Assembly (NCBI GenBank): GCA_963832325.1
Contig: CAWHTR010000005.1
Location: forward strand, 58,160 to 122,159
Direction of reading: 5' to 3'
Origin: an uncultured Verrucomicrobiae bacterium
GTDB taxonomy: Bacteria; Verrucomicrobiota; Verrucomicrobiia; Chthoniobacterales; JAATET01
Length of the DNA stretch: 64,000 nucleotides
Shown here: piece by piece, positions 56,806 through 64,000 of the stretch
Layout: every line of letters starts with the position of its first letter
Position numbering within the stretch: position 1 is the first letter of the stretch
Translations under genes and position numbers: made by a program
The notes under the pieces: model-generated
What the model was told of the DNA's origin: nothing
What the model saw: the letters and a program-made list of their open reading frames with translations, nothing else
The model's database searches: none

Positions 56806-59133
56806 ATGAAAAGCCGCTTTTCCACTCTCCTTACCTTCCTTCTCCTCGCGCTCGCCGCGATCCCCACCGCCACCCTTCGCGCCCAGCTCGGCGGTGGCCC
56901 CACCATCCGTCAGATTGACGTCGAGTTTGTCGGTCCGGAGACGATTTCCAAGGAACGCGTCCTCGCCAATCTCTCGACCCAGGTCGGTGAACCCTACAGC
57001 GAACGCACCGTCGAGGACGATATTCGTAACCTCTACGCGACCGGCACGCTTTCAAACGTTCGTATTTTCGGTGAACCCTCGGCCGATGGCGTCCGCGTCA
57101 CCGTGCTTCTTCAAGGCCGCCCCGTTATTTCCGAGATCCTCATCGAAGGCGCCACCGTCGTCGGCCAAAGCAAACTCCGCAAGGAGATCGGCCTCAAACC
57201 CGGTGACGCCCTCAACGAGGAGCGGCTGGAAGAAGGCCGCCGAGCCATCCTCAAACTCTACGAAGACCGCAACTACGCCGAAGTCGACGTCCAATACAAG
57301 ATCGAGGACCTTCCCGACAATCGCTCCCGCGTCGTCTTCTCAATCTCCGAAGGCCCGAAGCTCATCGTCCGAAAAATAACCTTCGTCGGGAACTATTCCG
57401 TCAAGGAGAGCGAACTGAAAAAGGCGATGACCACCAAGACGTGGAATCTCCTCTCCTTTTTTAATAAGAGCGGGCGCCTCGTCCCATCGCAGCTCGAAGC
57501 CGATCGCCTCGCCATCCGCCGCGTCTACCAGAACCTCGGGTTTGCGGACGTCACCGTCTCGGACGCCGACACCGTTGCCTACGACAAGGATAGCGTGGAA
57601 CTCGTCTTCACAATTCAGGAGGGCATCGAGTACCGCGTCAATTCCGTGACGCTCGAAGGCGTTAACATTGTCCCGGTCGACGAAGTTCGCGGCATTCTCA
57701 AGATGACGGAGGGCGAGCTGTTTACCCCCAATGGTCTCACCGGCGACCTCACCGCACTCGGAGATTTCTACGGCGCACGTGGCTACATCGACCGCGTCGT
57801 CCTCCCTGAAATCACGCCCGCTGGCGAAGGCGCCGTCGACATCAGCTACACCATCGACGAAGGCATTCAGTCCTACGTCAACCTCGTCAACATTCAGGGC
57901 AACTCCCGCACCAAGGACGTCGTCATCCGCCGCGAACTCGCCGTCAAACCGGGCGAAATCTACGACACCACCCTCGTGGACGTCAGCCGGCAGCGGCTCG
58001 CCAACCTCAACTACTTTCAGACGGAGCCACCCACCGCCCTCCAACTCGTTCCGTCCGACACGCTCGTTCCCGGTCGCAAGGACCTCAACGTCATCGTCGA
58101 GGAGAAACGCACCGGCTCGTTCAATTTCGGCGCTGGCTTCAGCACCATCGACAGCCTCATCGGCTTCGCCGAACTCCAGCAATCGAACTTCGACATCACG
58201 AACTGGCCGCGCTTCACCGGCGGTGGCCAGCGCTTCCGGGTCCGCGCCCAATACGGTGTTCGCCGCCGCGACTTCATCATTTCGTTCACCGAACCGTGGT
58301 TCCTCGGCTACCAACTCGCGCTCACGACCGAAGCGTTCTACCGCGACGCAAACTTCCTGAGTAGCGTTTACAGCCAATCCAACGTCGGAGCCAACGTCGG
58401 CCTCCGCAAAGCGCTCACTAACTTCATCTCCGTCGAAGGCGAATACCGCATCGAACAGATCCGCATCTTCGACGTCGACAACGATGCCGGGCAGGTCATC
58501 CAGGACGCCGAAGGCACCTACGACCGCAGCTCTGTCACTGGCTCCATCAACTACGACAGCCGCGACAGCCTCTTCCTCACTCGCAAAGGGCAGCTCGTGC
58601 GCTTCACCGGCTTCGTCGCCGGCGGTCCGCTCGGCGGCACGGTTAACGACTACGGACTCACCATCGAAGGCGCTCAGTTCTTCTCCCTCCCGCTCGACAT
58701 GATCCTCCAGTTCAAGGGATCCGTTGCCGTCGTCGACGGCTTCGGCGACACCAGCGGACCGGACGGCGTGCCCCTCTTCGACCGACTCTACCTGGGCGGA
58801 GCCAACAACCTCCGCGGCTTCGATTTCCGCGACGTCGGCCCGAAAGACGATCAAGGCAATCCCCTCGGTGGCAGCACCATGGCCTACGGCACCGTGGAAC
58901 TCAGCTTCCCGATCATCCCCCGAATTCGCGGCTCGCTCTTCTACGATGTCGGCTTTGTGAACGGCGGGTTCGCCGACTTCTCGACCTCCGGCGTCAACAG
59001 CGACATTGGCCTCGGACTTCGCGTCGAACTCCCCATCGGACCCGTCCGCATCGACTACGGTATCCCGATCGACAGCGACGAATTCAACGACAGTACCGGA
59101 AAATTCAACTTCAACGTCGGCTACCAATTTTGA
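56806..59133 (+). CDS. bamA: Outer membrane protein assembly factor BamA
   Basis: Signal peptide MKSRFSTLLTFLLLALAAIPTATLRA. POTRA repeats. C-terminal 16-strand barrel ending ...FNFNVGYQF. Confidence 0.93.
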   Translation: MKSRFSTLLTFLLLALAAIPTATLRAQLGGGPTIRQIDVEFVGPETISKERVLANLSTQVGEPYSERTVEDDIRNLYATGTLSNVRIFGEPSADGVRVTVLLQGRPVISEILIEGATVVGQSKLRKEIGLKPGDALNEERLEEGRRAILKLYEDRNYAEVDVQYKIEDLPDNRSRVVFSISEGPKLIVRKITFVGNYSVKESELKKAMTTKTWNLLSFFNKSGRLVPSQLEADRLAIRRVYQNLGFADVTVSDADTVAYDKDSVELVFTIQEGIEYRVNSVTLEGVNIVPVDEVRGILKMTEGELFTPNGLTGDLTALGDFYGARGYIDRVVLPEITPAGEGAVDISYTIDEGIQSYVNLVNIQGNSRTKDVVIRRELAVKPGEIYDTTLVDVSRQRLANLNYFQTEPPTALQLVPSDTLVPGRKDLNVIVEEKRTGSFNFGAGFSTIDSLIGFAELQQSNFDITNWPRFTGGGQRFRVRAQYGVRRRDFIISFTEPWFLGYQLALTTEAFYRDANFLSSVYSQSNVGANVGLRKALTNFISVEGEYRIEQIRIFDVDNDAGQVIQDAEGTYDRSSVTGSINYDSRDSLFLTRKGQLVRFTGFVAGGPLGGTVNDYGLTIEGAQFFSLPLDMILQFKGSVAVVDGFGDTSGPDGVPLFDRLYLGGANNLRGFDFRDVGPKDDQGNPLGGSTMAYGTVELSFPIIPRIRGSLFYDVGFVNGGFADFSTSGVNSDIGLGLRVELPIGPVRIDYGIPIDSDEFNDSTGKFNFNVGYQF

Positions 59134-59215
59134 ACAAATCCGGTTCCGCTCGGTCTTACTTGATTCAAGCGGGTTGAAGAAAACCCGCCGACACTTCATC
59201 CTTCCTGATCTACCT

Positions 59216-59806
59216 ATGACAAAAAACCCCATCCGTATCGCCGCCTTCGCCATCGCCCTTAGCGTGATCGCACCAGCCGCCCACGCCGAAATCAAACTCG
59301 GCATTCTCGACATGAACCGCGTGTTCACCGAGTACTACAAAACCAAGGACGCTGAGAAAAAACTCAACGACCAGCGCGCCGCAGCGAAGAAGGAATTCGA
59401 CGACCGCGTGGAGACCCTCAAGACGAGCATGGAGGAAATCAACAAGCTCAACGCCAAGATCGAAGCCCCCGAACTGAGCGCCGACGCCAAGGAGGGCATG
59501 CTCAAGACCCGCGAAGAAAAGGTCGCTGAAGCCCGCAACCTCGACCGCGAAGTCAATGACTTCAAAGGCACCCGCGAGCGTCAGCTGCAGGAGCAATTCG
59601 TTCGGATGCGCAAAGACATCATCGACGACATCATGAAAGTCGTGAACACCCGCATCACCGATAGCGGATACGATCTCGTCCTCGACAAATCCGGACTCAG
59701 CGCGGGCCAGATTCCCGTGGTCGTCTACTCGCGCGAAGACTCCGACTTCTCGTCCGAGATCATCGAAAAACTCAACGCTGAGGCTCCCAAGACCAGCGCG
59801 GAGTAA
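59216..59806 (+). CDS. skp: OmpH/Skp-family periplasmic chaperone
   Basis: Internal ATG at 59216. Signal peptide ...APAAHA. ILDMNRVFTEYYKTKDAEKKL and a long coiled-coil. Lies immediately downstream of bamA. Confidence 0.85.
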   Translation: MTKNPIRIAAFAIALSVIAPAAHAEIKLGILDMNRVFTEYYKTKDAEKKLNDQRAAAKKEFDDRVETLKTSMEEINKLNAKIEAPELSADAKEGMLKTREEKVAEARNLDREVNDFKGTRERQLQEQFVRMRKDIIDDIMKVVNTRITDSGYDLVLDKSGLSAGQIPVVVYSREDSDFSSEIIEKLNAEAPKTSAE

Positions 59807-59837
59807 AAAACTCAGTTCGTTCTCTCGTTTCAAAGAA

Positions 59838-59866
59838 GGCGCTCCCGACCAGGGAGCGCCTTTTTT
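59838..59866 (+). terminator. Rho-independent terminator after skp
   Basis: GGCGCTCCC (59838-59846), loop GACCA, GGGAGCGCC (59852-59860), followed by TTTTTT (59861-59866). Confidence 0.75.
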
Positions 59867-59985
59867 CTGGGTCAAAGCACCTCCGCACTCTTCTGTGGAG
59901 TCCGCGACAAATCTGCCCCTTCGAATTTCGGCAACCCCCGACAAACGAGCGGCGTTGGCTCAAAATGAGGAGCGCCGCGAGTCCC

Positions 59986-60954
59986 TCACACCACTCGCTT
60001 GGCCGCCCGCAACCTCTTCAGCCCCCCAAGATCCGAGACCGCCTTCCCGATGAGTGGCAACCCGAGGATCGCGGGCAGCACGTACCGCAGCGTGCACATG
60101 ACCCCCAACGCCGCCCCCGCCGCCGCCGACATGTATGGCGCGTAGAGAAACACCAGCGCTGCGTCCCGAGTTCCCACCCCCGCGAACGTGAGCGGCAGTA
60201 ACCCAGCCAAAATCGCCAGGGGCGACAGCGCCAGATTCGACAAAAAGGGCACGGACTCCCGCAGCGCCAACGTGAACATCCAGATCTGCACCAGATGCAG
60301 AAACCAAATGAAAAGCGAATTCGCAGCGATCTTCGTCAACTCCCACTTGTCCCGCCAGAAATACGCGTGCATCTCCACCCACGCTTCATGCAGCGTCGCA
60401 AATTTGGCCCCGATCTTCCCCGGCGCGTATCGCTCCGCTAACCGAAAAAAGAAACGCGCAAATACCGTCGAACCCAACAGCAGCGCCAACCCGCAGAAGC
60501 CCGCCACGATCGCCGCGGTCATCACCCAGAAAAACGCGTCCTTCCGTGGATACATCAAGAGTCCGACGACGCACCAAACGAGCAGCGACAGCATGTCGCA
60601 GGCCTTCTCGAAGACGACAAGCGCGAACGCCAGCGACCCCTTTACGTGGCCCCGATCCGCCATGAACACCGCTTTCGCCATGTCGCCCATTTTCGACGGC
60701 AACACGAGATTCAACACGCTCGCCAACAGGATCAATCGCACCGATTCCAAGAATCTCAGCGGATGCTCCTGCGGCATGAGCTGACACAACCGTCCGGCCG
60801 TCAACAGCGTCAACGGAATCACCATTCCCAAACTTACCGTCATCCAAAACGCAGACACGTTCGCAAAGATCGGAACCACCTTCGAAAGGTCGATCCGCCA
60901 ATAGAGCGCCGCTAAAATCCCCAAACTGACGACGATCGAGATAATCCGCTTCAT
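59986..60954 (-). CDS. UPF0104 / lysylphosphatidylglycerol-synthase-TM-region (flippase-like) membrane protein
   Basis: Start at MKRIISIVVSLGILAALYW (internal ATG at 60954). 8 TM. The ...LLASVLNLVLPSKMGDMAKA... motif is typical of this family. Confidence 0.7.
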   Translation of the reverse strand: MKRIISIVVSLGILAALYWRIDLSKVVPIFANVSAFWMTVSLGMVIPLTLLTAGRLCQLMPQEHPLRFLESVRLILLASVLNLVLPSKMGDMAKAVFMADRGHVKGSLAFALVVFEKACDMLSLLVWCVVGLLMYPRKDAFFWVMTAAIVAGFCGLALLLGSTVFARFFFRLAERYAPGKIGAKFATLHEAWVEMHAYFWRDKWELTKIAANSLFIWFLHLVQIWMFTLALRESVPFLSNLALSPLAILAGLLPLTFAGVGTRDAALVFLYAPYMSAAAGAALGVMCTLRYVLPAILGLPLIGKAVSDLGGLKRLRAAKRVV

Positions 60955-60959
60955 AAAAA

Positions 60960-62522
60960 TTACCCCCGCCGAGTCCCCCGCAAGAGCCGCTCCGCAATCC
61001 AATCCAACGGCACCACCATCGCAACAAACAGCATTGGCCAAGCCACCGCGAAAAACCGCGGATTACTGCTCCCCACCAAGTGCACGGCGACCGCGTTCCC
61101 CACCCCGATCAATAACCAGATCCCCACGGTCCCCCGGTAGCGTCGACCGACCATCGATGCCGCCACCCCCACCATCAGCCACCAGCCCAGCGTCGTTGGC
61201 AACATTTCCCATAACGTGCGCAGCGTCCCGTCTTCTTTCGTCGGGGATTTTACGAAGACCCCCGCGTTCATCACCGACCCGACGATTCCACTCAACCAAC
61301 GCTGCCGTTCCGCATTCTCCCCAGTCCGCAGCAGCGTCTCCATTTCCGGCCAGGTCGGCAGCGGCTCGTCGGCGGCAAGGCCGAACAGCAATCTCATCTC
61401 ATCCGGGTCCTCGAGCAGATCGTGATACCGGTCCTCGAATTTCCGCGGAAAATACTCCGGCTCGAACCGTTCCAACCGGAACATCGGCCAATTCAAAGAG
61501 GCAACCGTTCGCTGCAAGGCGATATAAAAAAAGAGGTGCGGTTCGGCGCGAATCCCTTCCAACGCCAAATCCCGCATCGCGGCGAAATCCCGTTCCCCGC
61601 CGCCCTTTTGCAATGACCGCCAAGCCGGATAGTCCTTCGACCGATACCCGTTCCTCAGGAACTCTTTCGCGTCATCGTCTTCACCGTAATAAATGTCGAG
61701 CCGCTCCCGAGCCTTTCGCACCAGCGGCGCGATTTCTGCCTTGAGATCCGCGTGTTCCGCCGTTTCCAACTGCGTCAAAGGCAGGGCCGACGTGTAGAGC
61801 AACCGCGAAGCCTGCGTCCCCTTCCCCATCGTCCACGACGCCACCAAAAGCGCCGCCAGCCCAACCCATTGCGGCCAACCCACCCATTTCCAGGCCCGCA
61901 GGTAGACCAGCCCAATCACCAGCCCCGGCCAGAAAAACCGACCCGCTGGCTTCGTCAGAACGCACAGCGCCAGCGCCGTGAAAAAAAACCACCACGCCAC
62001 CCGGCCCGGATCTCCCCGCTCGATCCGACCAGCCCAGGCGACCCAACCGGCGAAGGCCCACACCAAAGTCGTGAAAAAGAATGTCTCCCCCAGCAACTCG
62101 TGCTCATACCACAAAAGAATCGGCATCCCCGCGTAAACAATCGACACCGGCACCACCCACCACCGCCACCGGACCAAGACTTTCCGCATGACGTAAACGA
62201 ACGGAATCACCGTCAACAACCCCCAAGCGTGCTGGAACACGAGCACCCAGCTCAGAGCCGCCCCCGGCAGCAAACCCGTCGGCAGCAGCAACAATGGGTA
62301 AACGTAGCGCCGCTTTTCCGGGATCGACGCGACCCCGTCCGTGACGAGCCGATACGTGAAACTAAAGTAGGATTCCGAATCCGACCCCCAATACGCGTAA
62401 GGCTGCACACTCGTCAGCAGAAGCCGCAGTCCCAGTCCCACCAACAGCGCCGGCACCGCCCACAGCGCCGCCTCCACCACGGCGGGATGCCGCACCCTAA
62501 ATCCGCTAAACCAAGCGCTCAT
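60960..62522 (-). CDS. Polytopic membrane protein, GT-C-like glycosyltransferase suspected
   Basis: 520 aa with about 10 N-terminal TM helices, a ~200-aa soluble loop and 2-3 C-terminal TM helices. Overlaps the upstream gene by 17 nt. Confidence 0.55.
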   Translation of the reverse strand: MSAWFSGFRVRHPAVVEAALWAVPALLVGLGLRLLLTSVQPYAYWGSDSESYFSFTYRLVTDGVASIPEKRRYVYPLLLLPTGLLPGAALSWVLVFQHAWGLLTVIPFVYVMRKVLVRWRWWVVPVSIVYAGMPILLWYEHELLGETFFFTTLVWAFAGWVAWAGRIERGDPGRVAWWFFFTALALCVLTKPAGRFFWPGLVIGLVYLRAWKWVGWPQWVGLAALLVASWTMGKGTQASRLLYTSALPLTQLETAEHADLKAEIAPLVRKARERLDIYYGEDDDAKEFLRNGYRSKDYPAWRSLQKGGGERDFAAMRDLALEGIRAEPHLFFYIALQRTVASLNWPMFRLERFEPEYFPRKFEDRYHDLLEDPDEMRLLFGLAADEPLPTWPEMETLLRTGENAERQRWLSGIVGSVMNAGVFVKSPTKEDGTLRTLWEMLPTTLGWWLMVGVAASMVGRRYRGTVGIWLLIGVGNAVAVHLVGSSNPRFFAVAWPMLFVAMVVPLDWIAERLLRGTRRG

Positions 62523-63957
62523 GCGTCAGCGCACCGTCCCGCTTCGCCTCCGCCAACTCTGCATCCAGAGTCACCCAGGGCAACATTTGACCGGCCTGAA
62601 ACGTCCGACTCATCACCACGTAAATGGACGTCTGATCGCAACCGATCCCCGCTCGCTCCACCGCCGACCAGTCGTCTCCCACCACCCGGTCCCGCACCCG
62701 CAGCCCACCCCCGTCCAACCATTCGAATTCGCGCTCAAACCGAAACGGCGCGACTTTTTTTCCCGTGATAAGCACTCGTTGGAGAAGCTTCCGCACCAGA
62801 TCCGGAAACAAACGCCCCCCGCTCAGCATGATCACCCGCAGGGCCATCAATCGCAGCGGCGTCATGTCCTTCGACTTCGCCCACCCCATTTCACCACTCA
62901 CCGCGATTCGCCCCTCCGTCATCTCCGCCGGGTAATCCGCTACGAGATGCGCCACCGCATTCCGCAATTTCCCACCCTGCCGCACCAACAAAGACACCTG
63001 CGTATCCGAAGCCACCAACTTCCCGTCGCGGAAGAATTTGTAAACGCCCCCTTTGTTCAACGCCGCGTAAAGCTCCGCTCCCTCCCGACGATCAATGAAG
63101 ATGCCCGCATTTTTCAGATGCAAGCGCCCCGACTTACGTTCTGGGACCGCCGGACGCTCGACCGCGAAATCGCGTGCCGCCAGGAGATAATTCCAGGTGT
63201 GATGGCCGACGATGTGATCGTCCGCGTAGCAAGGTGCCCGCCCTCCCTCCAGCCCCGCGAGAAATCGATCGTTCACGTTCAGCGCCTCCGGGAAGTGCCG
63301 TCCAAAAACCTCAAACCCGTGCGGAAAAAAATTATAGGTGTTTCGGCTCCCGTATTCCCCCGCAAACGACCCGTCCGGGTGCACGAACTCAGCCGACAGC
63401 CGAACGGCCCGCTCAATCGCTTCCCGAAGTTCCGGACGCCGATCCACTTCGTAAATCTGCGCCAGCAACGAAATCGTCAGCGTGTGATACCCCAGATCGC
63501 ATCCCTCGTATTCCTGGAACCAACCTTCCTCGTTCTGCCAGGAGAGCACCCGCGCGAGCCGGTCAGCCGCCGCGACCTCCCACTTCGTCGTTCCGATCAA
63601 TTTACCGACCCGGTCCAAACACAGAACGATCAACGCCTGGTGATTCGTCAGCTGCCCGCTCTCGTGGTGATGGGCCATCCAATCCGCCCGCAGCTCGAAA
63701 AACTTCAGCAGCTCCGCGTTTTCCAAACCCAGCAACGCGTAGGCCTCCGCGCAAGCCAATAGCGAGAACGCCGCCGCGCCTCCCGCCTTCTCGAACGGAA
63801 AATAATCGTCGCAAGATCCGTCCGCGTGCGCACTCCGAGCGGCGAAGACCATTCCCGCCTCCGCCCATTCCCGCACGGCATCCGCCCGGTAAAACGCGTT
63901 GCCATCAATCTCGCAATCCCAAGCCAACGCCAAAGGCAGCACGAATTCCTGCGACAT
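62506..63957 (-). CDS. Hypothetical protein, alpha/alpha-toroid + beta-sandwich (heparinase II/III-like) suspected
   Basis: 483 aa. Helical-repeat N-half (WQNEEGWFQEYEGCDLGYHT...) and a beta-rich C-half. The family call is a guess from sequence pattern only. Confidence 0.45.
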   Translation of the reverse strand: MSQEFVLPLALAWDCEIDGNAFYRADAVREWAEAGMVFAARSAHADGSCDDYFPFEKAGGAAAFSLLACAEAYALLGLENAELLKFFELRADWMAHHHESGQLTNHQALIVLCLDRVGKLIGTTKWEVAAADRLARVLSWQNEEGWFQEYEGCDLGYHTLTISLLAQIYEVDRRPELREAIERAVRLSAEFVHPDGSFAGEYGSRNTYNFFPHGFEVFGRHFPEALNVNDRFLAGLEGGRAPCYADDHIVGHHTWNYLLAARDFAVERPAVPERKSGRLHLKNAGIFIDRREGAELYAALNKGGVYKFFRDGKLVASDTQVSLLVRQGGKLRNAVAHLVADYPAEMTEGRIAVSGEMGWAKSKDMTPLRLMALRVIMLSGGRLFPDLVRKLLQRVLITGKKVAPFRFEREFEWLDGGGLRVRDRVVGDDWSAVERAGIGCDQTSIYVVMSRTFQAGQMLPWVTLDAELAEAKRDGALTHERLV

Positions 63958-64000
63958 CCCGCATGGGAAATCGATGATCTTATACTGCCAGTAATTCCGG

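Noticed and set aside
57340-59328. 662-aa ORF antisense to bamA/skp
   Set aside because: Shadow ORF opposite a strongly supported BamA. Acidic/Gly/Val low-complexity content.

Overview
High-GC, tightly packed chromosomal segment with about 55 genes. There are no rRNA genes, CRISPR arrays, transposases or integrases. Gene content and the tRNA-Thr/tuf/tRNA-Trp/secE/nusG arrangement suggest a PVC-group bacterium, probably Verrucomicrobiota (inference only). Clear housekeeping genes are dxs, xseB, rpiB, bioB, mutS, miaB, aguA, rluE, nnr, nusG, secE, tuf, pdxH, bamA and skp. Accessory content includes: an arsR-arsC-DUF6428-arsC cluster with no arsenite pump; a stand-alone beta-CASP exonuclease/ATP-dependent DNA ligase fusion; an SbtA-like permease with a PII-like partner; a divergent pair of CgeB-like glycosyltransferase paralogues, one of them frameshifted; an ExbB-ExbD-TonB module; and an 11.6-kb co-directional operon in which a MoxR/DUF58/BatA-N/vWA module is interrupted by an ABC transporter and unknown proteins, with a second vWA paralogue elsewhere. 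Non-coding structure includes a repeated intergenic element built from hairpins with TCC loops (at least 4 copies). Two composite elements with GGTCGRAA-unit inverted arms bracket the TonB region. There are also in-frame hexamer and 18-bp tandem repeats, an 8-bp x3 tandem repeat upstream of exbB, and an A10 tract in a divergent promoter. Many long ORFs in the six-frame track are high-GC shadow ORFs and were rejected. All family assignments come from motif and sequence recognition by eye. No database search was run.
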